Source: Ignavibacteriota bacterium
GTDB lineage: Bacteria > Bacteroidota > Ignavibacteria > Palsa-1295
Length of the DNA stretch: 64,000 nt
Assembly: GCA_963787835.1 (NCBI GenBank)
Contig: CAWBEI010000002.1
Location: 928,001-992,000, forward strand
Direction of reading: 5' to 3'
Each line of letters starts with the position of its first letter. Position 1 is the stretch's first letter. The notes beneath the pieces are model-generated. The model was given only the letters and a program-made list of their open reading frames with translations. It was not told the origin of the DNA and searched no databases. Shown here piece after piece: positions 29,263-39,241 of this stretch. The position numbers were made by a program, and so were the translations under genes.

Positions 29263-30740
29263 TCGAGCTAGCATTCATTTTCGAGGAGTTCGATGGACTT
29301 GAATATAGCCGAGATGCTATAGAAGCCCGGCTCCGTGAAATAAGCCCTCGTTTTACCTACGCAAGCTTAGCCCACGGATCAGTTCGTGATCAATCAAAGT
29401 TCCGAGACGAAATCAGTGCATATCCAGCGTATCTTGGGCTATATTCGCTGGTAAACGAAGACAGTAAATGGATCCTACGGCTTTCGGAGACAGCTAGAGC
29501 TTGTCTTATCAGAGAAGAGCCCGATGTCTCTGCGTTCCTCCGACTTCAATTGCTTTTATTTCAGTTCCCGAATGGAAGTGGAGCAACTTACTCCCATGAT
29601 CATGTTTCGATTAAACCGAATGCTGCATCTAAGACACTTGAATACATCCAAAATGAAATGCATGTGTCGCCGATGAGGCTAATTACATGTGCCTTAGCTG
29701 CTGATGCGAAACTTAGAGAGGTAGAAATTCTCAATGCTAAAGCTGATTATTCCGAAATTTACTTTCTCGCTAATGACGCAACGGTGAGAAAGCACGCCTT
29801 ACCAAATATCAATCAAGTCGCTTCGAGACTTGATGAATTCAGACGCTCTGACCGCAGACTACCCTTTCATTTTGAGCGGCGCTTTCATTTGCTGAAGCAT
29901 ACTGAGATTTTCGAAATCAATGCCGGCGGAATAACTTTTAGAGAAACGGAAGGAGTCGAAGACTCCACTAATCTCAAAGCGAAGATCGAAGCTATACTAC
30001 GAGAAAAAGTAGAGTTCAGAGGATTTGATCACTCGCGCAGTGCAGCAGAGATTGGAAATGTTGTGAGAAGCGGAACATGGGGAAAGTATTTCGACGGCGT
30101 GCAGTCCCTCTCAGCTTCTACCGTCGAGATTTTAGGTGTATCGGAGCTTGCAACAAGAGAAATTGCTATCGACCGTCGCTTGCCAATTCAAACTGCCGCA
30201 ATCCAACCTCGCTCCGATGAATTACCATTCAATTATCCATGGAGAGACTTTCAGCCGCTCACGCCATCTGCCAACCCATCATCATCACGCACTAGGGGTC
30301 AATACGCAGACCCAGAGGTCACTAGAATAAAGTTACAGAGAAGAAATCTGACACATAAGATTCTCCTCGGCAAAATAGATGAATTGCTAGCGACTCACAA
30401 TGCAAGAACCCAAGAAACAGAGCATATCGATCTATTTGCTTCCATTCCTAACGACGGATCATTCCTTTTTGAAGTCAAAAGTGGAGGGGAGAACCTATTA
30501 GATCAAATTCGAAAAGGTATTAGCCAACTGTATGAATACCGCTATCGGTATGCATCTGCCGTTCCGAATGATGTTCATCTGTGTCTTGTCTTGGGTGAAC
30601 AGCCAATTCGTGTGCCATGGGTCAAAGACTATCTGATTAATGACAGGGGAATTGCGCTCTGCTGGGTTAATCAGGACGGTGTTTTTGAATATCCGGCGGC
30701 TTGCGCTCATGCTCTCGACCCTCTTTTCGGAAGAGGTTAA
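29199..30740 (+). CDS. Putative restriction endonuclease (C-terminal PD-(D/E)XK)
   Basis: Overlaps the MTase end; HIDLF...FEVKS...QIRKGISQLYEY nuclease-like C-terminus. Confidence 0.6.
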   Translation: MLTDLFSHKIHSSTETWPDKLVELAFIFEEFDGLEYSRDAIEARLREISPRFTYASLAHGSVRDQSKFRDEISAYPAYLGLYSLVNEDSKWILRLSETARACLIREEPDVSAFLRLQLLLFQFPNGSGATYSHDHVSIKPNAASKTLEYIQNEMHVSPMRLITCALAADAKLREVEILNAKADYSEIYFLANDATVRKHALPNINQVASRLDEFRRSDRRLPFHFERRFHLLKHTEIFEINAGGITFRETEGVEDSTNLKAKIEAILREKVEFRGFDHSRSAAEIGNVVRSGTWGKYFDGVQSLSASTVEILGVSELATREIAIDRRLPIQTAAIQPRSDELPFNYPWRDFQPLTPSANPSSSRTRGQYADPEVTRIKLQRRNLTHKILLGKIDELLATHNARTQETEHIDLFASIPNDGSFLFEVKSGGENLLDQIRKGISQLYEYRYRYASAVPNDVHLCLVLGEQPIRVPWVKDYLINDRGIALCWVNQDGVFEYPAACAHALDPLFGRG

Positions 30741-30818
30741 AATCTGCATTGCAAGCAAATCACTGATTTAGCGCCTAAACAAAAATTCGCATTTCACAGC
30801 ACCTCCGAAAAAGCGTTG

Positions 30819-31030
30819 TATATTTGGTAGTGAGATAATGAGCACCAAGTGTCTATAAGAATAGTGTTCGTGTCATGTTCATTGACATCTGGGAGGCGCC
30901 GGCGGTAGTTTTCGCTATGAACGAGTTCTCTGAGAAAAGAATTTGTTGCAACAAATGGCGAAAACAGCCTGGAAACGAGGATTCATCGGGAACTCACAAG
31001 AAAGAAAAATGGCACCTGTTTCTGGGGGAA
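30819..31030 (+). repeat. ~200-bp dispersed structured element, copy 1
   Basis: Aligns with 49959-50159; TATATTTG box, conserved hairpins, small ORF 30917-31051. Confidence 0.8.
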
Positions 31031-31034
31031 AGGA

Positions 31035-31116
31035 TGAAGTATGAAGTTTGAAGTATGAAAGGGCTCGGGAAGCAGTCGTCAACTTTCCCTCTTCATACTT
31101 CATACTTCATACTTCA
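31035..31116. repeat. Inverted heptamer tandem repeats
   Basis: (TGAAGTA)n at 31035-31059 versus (CTTCATA)n at 31091-31116; overlaps the stop of the gene ending at 31107. Confidence 0.75.
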
Positions 31117-32504
31117 AAAAGATCGTGATGGAGCTTACGGAGGGCGGGGAGGGCTTCGGCGTCCGTTACGAGGGCGATAATGCTGCGGGAGCTGGGCAGA
31201 ATGGCATGCACAACGAACGGGCGGAGGCTTCGGGCAATATCGGCAAGCAGGGCGGTATTATCATCGCCATGCTTGCGCACGATAAGCGAGAGTGCCGCAA
31301 GTGGAGCACCCTCCGTGGCTGTCATGCCGGCGTTCGAAAGCTCGCGAAGGATGGCGCGGCGGTCCTCCTTGCGGAAGATGGCGGAACTTTGCTCGGGGCT
31401 ATCCCAGGCGAGTACGGCACGGGAGCGAATTCGGGCGGCGTCCTCCTTCTGCTTTTTCGCTGCATGGGAACCCATCGGCGGGAACGCGAAAAGGACGAGA
31501 TGCTGCTCCATCGCCAGCGTCAGCGGTTTGGGGGAGCGTGTTGAAGGGGCTTCGCGGCCGAGCGTCGTGTGACCCTTGGGCAGGGAGAATGGCGTGGCGA
31601 TGCGCAGGACAGCGTCACTGGATGATCGGTCAGCCGAAAGTGGATGCGCGAAGGATGGGAACAGAATTCGCGCGCCACGGCGGCCCATCTCCTCGGCTTC
31701 GTCGAAGCTCATCGAGCGAATGAGCTTTGGCGCTTTGACGAATTCGGGATCGGCAGTGTAGAGGCCGGGGAGGGTCTTCCAGATGACGATCTCCTTCGCG
31801 CCAAGGGCGGCAGCAAGGAGCGTTGCAGTGAGATCGGAACTTTCGCTGCCCATGGTGGTCGTGATGCCATCGAGCGTGGCACCGGCAAAGCCCTGCACCA
31901 GCACGATATGGCCTTTGCGAAGCTGGGGAACGATGAGCTTTTCGGCACGGGAAGCGATCTCCTCGCGAAGCGGGGAGGCATGGCCGAACTGCTCATCGGT
32001 GATGATGACGTCCGAGGCATCGACGGCACGCACCGGGAACTCGCGATCGCGCAGCAGCGCCTCGATGAGTTCTATGGCGAGACGTTCGCCAATGGCGAGG
32101 ATGGCATCCCGCGTTCGCGGCGAAAGCTCGCGAACGATGGCAACGCCTTCGAGCAGGGCGGCAACTTCGGAGGAGATGGCCTCGAAGCGGTCGAGCAGGG
32201 CTGCTTCGTCATCAATGTCGAGCGATGCGGCAAGCTGGCGGTGCTGGGCGATGGATCGCTCGAGGACTTCTTCGGCCTCGTGCAATTTGCCATCTTCGGC
32301 AAGCTCTGCAGCGCGGGCAAGATGGCGCGTCGTGTGGCCGATCGCGCTCGTGACGAGCACGATACCGTGCGTCACACCGCCAGATTTCTTGACGCGGCGC
32401 GCGCGGGTGGCCTCGAGCTTGTAGGCCTCGTTCAGGATCTGGACGAGCGCCTCGAGGCCACGTTTCGAGCGGGCTAATGCGCCACCAAATTTATAGACAA
32501 GCAA
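31107..32504 (-). CDS. Aspartate kinase-like protein (amino acid kinase family, divergent motifs)
   Basis: VYKFGG, VTSA, GE, VQGF.G, SDLTA, GLYTADP, EAEEM..GA.IL. Confidence 0.8.
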   Translation of the reverse strand: MLVYKFGGALARSKRGLEALVQILNEAYKLEATRARRVKKSGGVTHGIVLVTSAIGHTTRHLARAAELAEDGKLHEAEEVLERSIAQHRQLAASLDIDDEAALLDRFEAISSEVAALLEGVAIVRELSPRTRDAILAIGERLAIELIEALLRDREFPVRAVDASDVIITDEQFGHASPLREEIASRAEKLIVPQLRKGHIVLVQGFAGATLDGITTTMGSESSDLTATLLAAALGAKEIVIWKTLPGLYTADPEFVKAPKLIRSMSFDEAEEMGRRGARILFPSFAHPLSADRSSSDAVLRIATPFSLPKGHTTLGREAPSTRSPKPLTLAMEQHLVLFAFPPMGSHAAKKQKEDAARIRSRAVLAWDSPEQSSAIFRKEDRRAILRELSNAGMTATEGAPLAALSLIVRKHGDDNTALLADIARSLRPFVVHAILPSSRSIIALVTDAEALPALRKLHHDLFEV

Positions 32505-32559
32505 TTTCTAAGTCCCGAGTAATGAGGGATGAGTACCGAGTTTAACTTCTACTATAACG

Positions 32560-32712
32560 TGTCATCCTGAGCGGAGTTCGTTTCGACGAAGGAGAAACGA
32601 ACGGAGTCGAAGGATCTCTGGTCTTACTGCCAAAGATTCTTCGACTCCGCAAAACTCCCGCTCATGACCGATCATACGCGTATCGCTACGTTTTGCTCCG
32701 CTCAGAATGACA
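32560..32712. repeat. GTCATCCTGAG-type palindromic repeat (MITE/REP-like)
   Basis: Terminal IR TGTCATCCTGAGCGGAG / CTCCGCTCAGAATGACA (16/17) with nested internal hairpins. Confidence 0.75.
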
Positions 32713-32742
32713 TATTATTGAATAAGTTTGTTGGAATTCACC

Positions 32743-33486
32743 ATGTGGAATATTTTGGAGTTCGAGGAACTTGGCTCGACGAATACTCTGGCGAGCGAAA
32801 TGCTTGCTCGCGGAGAAGTGAAGCATGGTGATATTATTCAGGCGCACCATCAAAGCGGAGGCCGCGGACGCGCCGCTGGGCGCGTATGGAATGATGAACC
32901 GGGTGCATCGCTGCTGATGACCGTTGTTCTTACAAAAATTCCGGAGCCGACAAATTTGCTGCAATATCGGGTTGCACTTTCGGTAATCGAAGCGCTTCGA
33001 GAAATTGATGGAACTGGAAATACTTTTCATCTCAAATGGCCAAATGATATTTTATTGAATGGGAAGAAAGCCTGTGGTATATTGCTGGAAGCGCAATGGA
33101 ATGCTTCGCAAATGCGATCGGCAGTAGTTGGAATCGGGATCAATGTTCGGCAGTCGAAATTCCCTGAAGACTTGGATGCGATCGCTACTTCACTTCTCTT
33201 GAATGGCATGGATATTACAGTGAATGAAGTTCGCAATGAGGTGATCGATAGATTGAAACAAGAAATGGAGAACCGCAACGACGACATCATCTCACGACTT
33301 CGCAGCGAGTTAGCTTGGATGGTGAATTTTCCGTCGTTTGAGTGGTCAGGTAGCGATGGCGAGAGTCTTACCAGTATTCGATACGTGGATGTTGATGAGA
33401 GCGGAGCATTGCGACTGGAACAGCCGGAAGGTTCTATCGTAACTCGGCACAACGGCAGCCTGCTGATCGGACCCTCACATCAATAA
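32743..33486 (+). CDS. birA: Biotin--protein ligase (no N-terminal HTH)
   Basis: STN, QSGGRGR, LKWPNDI..GKKACGILLE, GIGINV. Confidence 0.92.
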   Translation: MWNILEFEELGSTNTLASEMLARGEVKHGDIIQAHHQSGGRGRAAGRVWNDEPGASLLMTVVLTKIPEPTNLLQYRVALSVIEALREIDGTGNTFHLKWPNDILLNGKKACGILLEAQWNASQMRSAVVGIGINVRQSKFPEDLDAIATSLLLNGMDITVNEVRNEVIDRLKQEMENRNDDIISRLRSELAWMVNFPSFEWSGSDGESLTSIRYVDVDESGALRLEQPEGSIVTRHNGSLLIGPSHQ

Positions 33487-33530
33487 AACTTGCGTTGAAT
33501 GGTTGATGCAAAAATTACGTTTGATTGGTA

Positions 33531-34373
33531 ATGGGATTGCTTGCAGTAGATATTGGAAACACGTCGACCACGCTCGGCCTCTTTGATGATGCCGGCAGGC
33601 TCGCACAGCGTTTCGATATTCCAACGCGAACGCTGACACATCGCGCGCTTACGCGTGAAACGCTGGATGCTCCGCTCGCTGGAATTGTCGCGCCCAATAC
33701 GGTCGCCATTGCAAGCGTTGTTCCGTGGGCTTCGGAAGAACTCATCGCCGTGTTGCAGGAGATGTTCCCGACGGCACAACAGCTTGTCATCAGTAGCAGC
33801 AATATGCCGCTCGCGATCGACTATCCTAACCCAGACGAGCTCGGGACGGATCGTTTGCTTGGGGCACTTGCGGCGTGGAAACTGCGCGGTGAACCAGATC
33901 ACCGTCCGTGTATCGTTATCGATCTTGGTACAGCGACGACGTACGATGCCATTACATCTGACGGCACGTATTTAGGCGGTGCAATCGCTCCAGGACTTGA
34001 ACTTGGCGCAGAAGCACTTGCTAATCGAGCGGCACAACTTCCTACGATCGAGCTTTCATTCCCGGCGAGCATTATTGGCAGCACCACGATAGAGAGTATG
34101 CAATCGGGGATCCTTTTTGGCGGACTCGCTCAATTAGAAGGATTCGTTGAACGATTAGGCAAGGTTGCATTCCCGAACGAACTACCGATCGTGTTTGCAA
34201 CGGGCGGACTCTCGCGGCTTCTCGAAGGACACACCGATCTTGTTACTTATTTCGATGCCGATCTTGTACTTACAGGAATTCGTATTGCTGCGGAACTCGC
34301 TCCTGTTAGTATAAATAGTGCAGACACTCTCGCTTCTGTTCCTGCCGAGCAGGAGATCCTTGTCAGCCATTAA
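33531..34373 (+). CDS. coaX: Type III pantothenate kinase
   Basis: VDIGNT, LGTDR, IDLGTATTYD, GGAIAPG, ATGG. Confidence 0.93.
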   Translation: MGLLAVDIGNTSTTLGLFDDAGRLAQRFDIPTRTLTHRALTRETLDAPLAGIVAPNTVAIASVVPWASEELIAVLQEMFPTAQQLVISSSNMPLAIDYPNPDELGTDRLLGALAAWKLRGEPDHRPCIVIDLGTATTYDAITSDGTYLGGAIAPGLELGAEALANRAAQLPTIELSFPASIIGSTTIESMQSGILFGGLAQLEGFVERLGKVAFPNELPIVFATGGLSRLLEGHTDLVTYFDADLVLTGIRIAAELAPVSINSADTLASVPAEQEILVSH

Positions 34374-34400
34374 CAATTCATAAGAAAAAATTATAAAGAT

Positions 34401-34628
34401 ATGCGCGTTGGAGATAAAGAATACGAAATACTCGTTCGCCGTCAGGGAGAAGCGGTCTATTCCGCATTTTGTCCGCAGTTAGAGCTTATTGTACGCGGCA
34501 CGGCCCACCAACAGGTCGAGGAAAAAATGAAACAGCTTATTATGGAGCGTGTCTCAAAGGGCGCAAATGGTGCAACCGGCGAAGGGCAAAAAGCCAGTGG
34601 CACAAGCATCGTCGGCGATGCTCCCTGA
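34401..34628 (+). CDS. Small protein with HicB-like N-terminal fold
   Basis: VYSAFCPQL...RG..QQVEE pattern resembles the HicB N-terminal domain. Confidence 0.5.
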   Translation: MRVGDKEYEILVRRQGEAVYSAFCPQLELIVRGTAHQQVEEKMKQLIMERVSKGANGATGEGQKASGTSIVGDAP

Positions 34629-37173
34629 TTCGGTTCCGGCACTATTCGGAGTCGTAGCGCTTTCGCTCCCCTTTAAATTCCACTCTGGCGGTACGGAGGG
34701 ATTGACGTATTCCATCCCTGCTGAACTTGCAGAGCGTGCAAAAATTGGTTCCAGAGTGCTCGTTCCACTTGGCAAGCGGGAGAAGACGGGTGTACTTGTT
34801 GATGTAACGCGAGAGTCGCCGTCGATCAAAACGAAAGTTCGACCTGTTACGGATGTTTTAGATCCCGCACCTGTCTTCGATGAAGCATTCCTGAAATGGA
34901 CAAAATGGCTTGCGATGTATTACCTCACATCATGGGGTGAAGTACTCAACGCTGCATTGCCGGAAGGATTAAAGCCGGAGACAAGGGCAAGAGTGTATGC
35001 AACGGTGGGTGATTTAGAAAAAAGTGATCTAACCCCGCCGCGTGCAAAGTTGCTCAATGTGATTTCGCAGCATGCTGATGGCATATCCATTGATCGGCTT
35101 GGGAAGCTTACCAATTCAAAAAATCTCTATGCCACGCTTCATGCTCTTGAGGAATCTGGACTGATTCGTATTGAAAGACAACTTAGTAGACAAGCTTCGA
35201 TTAAGAAAGAAACGGTCGTTCAGCTTGCGCCTAATCTTTTAGTTGGTTCAGCAGAATTATCTGACATATTAAATCAACTTGAAAAAGAAGCTCCGCGTCA
35301 AGCAAATATTCTGCTAGCCTTAGTGCAACAAGCACAGATGGAGCCCGACAAGTCACTAACAGCTCCGCTTTTGCTAAAACGAGCCGGCGCATCCCAAACC
35401 ACTTTCAAGGCTTTGCGGGAAAAAGGGTTCGTCGTTACTACTCGCAGAGAAAAGAGCTCCGAAGAAATTCATGGTGGGCTATCGACCCATGACGATGATA
35501 TTTCGAAGATCACGCTTACCCACGAACAACAAAGTGCCGTTGATGCTGTTTCGAAATCACTAAAATCTGGAAAGAGTAAAACATTCCTGCTTCATGGCGT
35601 TACCGGTTCGGGTAAAACCGAAGTATATATTTCGCTTGCTCGGCAAGTGCTCTCAGAAGGGAATGGAGTTCTAATTCTCGTTCCAGAAATTTCACTCACA
35701 CCACAGCTCATTGATCGGTTTAAGCGGCGGCTGAGTTTGGCGAATGATTCGGATATTGCGGTTTTGCATTCTCGGATGTCGATCAGTGAACGTTCGGCGG
35801 CATGGCGCTCGCTTATCATGGGAAAAACGAAACTTGCTATCGGCGCACGGAGCGCGGTGTTCGCGCCCGTGCAAAACTTGAAACTCATCATCGTCGATGA
35901 AGAGCACGAAGCGACGTACAAGCAATTCGACAAATCGCCGCGCTACCATGCGCGTGATGCCGCTGTGGCGCGAGCAGCGATGATGAATGCGGTTGCAGTG
36001 CTCGGCAGTGCCACGCCAAGTGTTGAATCGTATCACAATGCCCGCGAAGGCAAATATGAATTACTCCAGCTTACCGAACGTGCAAAAAGCGCGGCATTGC
36101 CAACCGTAAAGATCGTCGATCTGCGCACGGCTGAGAATCGGCGTGATTTTGCAAAAGCGAAGATGGCACTCACTCCGGAATTACGCGAAGCCATGCGGAT
36201 TCGGCTGGAACGCAAGGAGGGAATCGTTCTCTTTCAGAATCGTCGAGGATTTGCAACCTACCTCGAATGCCAGAATTGTGGCAATCCAGAGCTATGTCCA
36301 AATTGCTCCGTCACGCTGACCTATCATCGCGCAAAGGATCAACTGCGATGCCATTATTGTGGATTCGTGACGCCTCGGCGTACTACCTGCTCCACTTGCG
36401 GCAGTGATGCGCTTCGATTGGGTGGGACGGGCACACAGCGCGTTGAAGACGATATTGTAAAAGCATTCCCAGAAGCGAAGATCGTCCGCATGGATCTGGA
36501 CACTACTTCCCGTAAAGGTTCGTATCAGAGAATTCTATCCGCCTTTGCAAGCGGGGAAGCGGATATATTATTGGGAACGCAAATGGTTGCAAAAGGTCTG
36601 GATTTCCCGCGTGTCACGCTTGTTGGCGTCGTCAGTGCAGATACAAGCCTGAACATTCCGGATTTTCGTTCGAGCGAACGAACGTTCCAATTGCTAACGC
36701 AAGTCTCTGGCCGCGCCGGACGAAGTTTGGAACTCGCCGGTGAAGTTCTCATTCAAACATTGCAGCCAATGAATGCGGCGATCGAAATGGCAGTCGCGCA
36801 TAATTACGATGCATTCTTCGAAAGCGAGATGAAGGATCGTGAATCGCTGAATTACCCTCCTTTCAGCCGATTGATCCTTATTGAATTTCGCGGGCTTCAC
36901 GAATCTGCTACCGAAGAGCACGCCAAAAAATTTGCTACACTATTCCCTCAGCGTTCATCGAATTACGAGCGCATGGGTCCTGCTCCGCCAGCCATTGCAA
37001 AGCTGCGCGGGGAATTTCGGTGGCATCTCATTATTAAAGATCTCAAGAAGCAGGATCCCAATGGCGAAAAGATTCGGCGTCTCATCACCGGTGCGCTCGA
37101 TGAGTATCAAAAGCGGTATGCTTCACCGTATGTGAAAGTTACAGTGGATGTCGATGTGCAGGGAATAGGATGA
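34549..37173 (+). CDS. priA: Primosomal protein N' (replication restart helicase)
   Basis: GVTGSGKT, DEEH, SATP, NRRG, four CxxC motifs, GTQMVAKG, QVSGRAGR; exact start uncertain. Confidence 0.96.
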   Translation: MSQRAQMVQPAKGKKPVAQASSAMLPDSVPALFGVVALSLPFKFHSGGTEGLTYSIPAELAERAKIGSRVLVPLGKREKTGVLVDVTRESPSIKTKVRPVTDVLDPAPVFDEAFLKWTKWLAMYYLTSWGEVLNAALPEGLKPETRARVYATVGDLEKSDLTPPRAKLLNVISQHADGISIDRLGKLTNSKNLYATLHALEESGLIRIERQLSRQASIKKETVVQLAPNLLVGSAELSDILNQLEKEAPRQANILLALVQQAQMEPDKSLTAPLLLKRAGASQTTFKALREKGFVVTTRREKSSEEIHGGLSTHDDDISKITLTHEQQSAVDAVSKSLKSGKSKTFLLHGVTGSGKTEVYISLARQVLSEGNGVLILVPEISLTPQLIDRFKRRLSLANDSDIAVLHSRMSISERSAAWRSLIMGKTKLAIGARSAVFAPVQNLKLIIVDEEHEATYKQFDKSPRYHARDAAVARAAMMNAVAVLGSATPSVESYHNAREGKYELLQLTERAKSAALPTVKIVDLRTAENRRDFAKAKMALTPELREAMRIRLERKEGIVLFQNRRGFATYLECQNCGNPELCPNCSVTLTYHRAKDQLRCHYCGFVTPRRTTCSTCGSDALRLGGTGTQRVEDDIVKAFPEAKIVRMDLDTTSRKGSYQRILSAFASGEADILLGTQMVAKGLDFPRVTLVGVVSADTSLNIPDFRSSERTFQLLTQVSGRAGRSLELAGEVLIQTLQPMNAAIEMAVAHNYDAFFESEMKDRESLNYPPFSRLILIEFRGLHESATEEHAKKFATLFPQRSSNYERMGPAPPAIAKLRGEFRWHLIIKDLKKQDPNGEKIRRLITGALDEYQKRYASPYVKVTVDVDVQGIG

Positions 37174-37271
37174 TCCCTGATATTGCAGGAATTCATCTTC
37201 GTTCCAAAAATTGTTGTATTTTTGCGGTTGAGTCCTTTTCACGAGTTTCATTTTCCTACTTCGAATGTCTT

Positions 37272-39137
37272 ATGAAACAATTCAAAGTCATCGCCCTTAG
37301 CGTAATTGCTATCCTTTTTGCATCTTGCAAAGCATCGCAGCCGACGGGACCGCCGACGGGTTCGACGCCTTCACTGCTGGAAGCGACACAAATACTTAAC
37401 TCGACAGACTCCATATTTCTTGCGTATTCTGCCTTGAATAATGGCAATCCCCATTTGTCAATGATGCAGACGGCGAGCTGGTTGCAAACCCAGTCGAACG
37501 TGCAATCGGCTACCACGCTGGATAGCGTCTATGTCACAATCACGTTGAAATCCGGCTTGCGGACGACTTACATGTTCGACGAAACCGATTCTGCAGGGAA
37601 CAGCCTCTTCAAAGGCGGCGAACCGGGAGGGGCTCATCTGGAGCGAGTTGGAACGCTTTCCAATCATACGATCCCGAATAAGAACGTACTGATCTATTGC
37701 GCCGGCTATAGTAACTTTTATAGCGGTAACAATGCGATCCAGACGACAGACAATATTCTTACTGGCGCGGGACTTAATGTTACGCTTCTGACGGACGCCC
37801 AGTGTACATATCAGGTCGTCAACACGTTCCCAAACTACGGATTTGTCATCATCGATTCGCATGGCTTTCCGGATGCATTTATGATCGGCACGAAAATTAC
37901 CATTAGTAATACGATTGTGAGCGATGCGCTCTTTAATGCTGCCATTGTTGCCCAAGGCGGCCAAGATATGCTAAACAAGTTATTATCTGGGGAGTTAAGT
38001 TTTTTTGATCGCATACAAGGAAGCGCTCTTCAGCCCTACTGGAGTCAAGCTTACGTTCCCAATACGGTCTTTCACCTTTTTTTAACGACCCGATACATCA
38101 ACAACATCCTGCCGCAGATGCCGAACACCGTCATCATGGGAAGTATGTGTTACAGTGGATGGCAAACGCCTTTGGGAACCGGATACACGCCGATCGAAAC
38201 CTCCTTTATGAATAGGAATCCTATCAGCTATTATTGTTTTGCGTTCGACAATGGACTTTCTGCTCCGGTCAGTGTTAGCTTTGGCAAAAATATGGAGGAT
38301 TCCTTATCGAAGGCGCTTGCCGTTGATCTGGACAGCACAAAGATCGCGAATCTTCAACCCAATCATATCTCGGAGTATTCCGATCCATATTACCCCGGAG
38401 CTCTCTACTTTAAGCATTTCGGCGCCGATGATTACAGCTTTCCCGGCGGAGATTCTTTGGTGGATCCGCGAGACGGTCAGGTCTATAAGATCGTTACCAT
38501 CGGTACGCAAAAATGGATGGCGCAAAACCTGAACTATGCAACACCCGAGGCACTGTGCTATGATAATGATCCCAATAATTGTACACTTTTCGGGAAACTC
38601 TATCCCTGGAAGATCATGATGAATGGGGCAAACGCCGTTACGTCAAACCCAAGCAACGTTCAGGGACTTTGCCCTAAGGGCTGGCATGTGCCAAGCCTTT
38701 CTGAATGGCACCAGATGTTCGCTTCAATTGGTGCTTCGTTTCTACCAGATAGCACTGCATACGGCCCCAGCATCGAGGGTCTTAGATCCACTTCGACAGA
38801 CACGAACAATTGAGGTTGGTTTCCTGGTTTATCCACTATCTCTACTAACAGCACGGGGTTTTCCGCACTGCCGGCAGGGACCTTTTTGTGGCTGCAACGT
38901 GGAAGTAATGTGATTCCCGTATTCTCTGGTAAGACGATGGGAACCTACTTTCTTACCACCAACATCGACTCGATAAAATTATCAAATGATACAACTTATG
39001 CTCAAACTGTGGCCGTGTGGATTGGCGACAATGGTGATGCAGCGGTGATCCAATTGAACCCTACCTACTCTTGGAATCCACTCGATCCTAATCAACCCGC
39101 GATAAACGGTTCCTGCCGTTGCGTGAAGGATCCGTAA
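37272..39137 (+). pseudogene. FISUMP (Fib_succ_major) domain lipoprotein interrupted by an in-frame TGA at 38811-38813
   Basis: Lipobox FASC; DPRDGQVYK..IGTQKWMAQNL; frame continues past TGA with GFSALPAG...SCRCVKDP, matching the intact paralog at 58083. Confidence 0.8.
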
Positions 39138-39241
39138 AAAAAATAGATTGACCGAAACAAGAGGCAACCCATTTCCATACATTTGTTAAAAAATATCGTA
39201 TATTTGCGCCTGTTCTTTTTCACTATTTCTTTTTAACTACT

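Noticed and set aside
32686-33030. 114-aa minus-strand ORF ending in CHSERS
   Set aside because: Antisense to birA and reads into the GTCAT-type repeat; artefact.
38811-38813. Selenocysteine or genetic-code reassignment at the in-frame TGA
   Set aside because: The paralog has no Cys at the equivalent region, no clear SECIS-like hairpin follows, and many genes here end normally in TGA.
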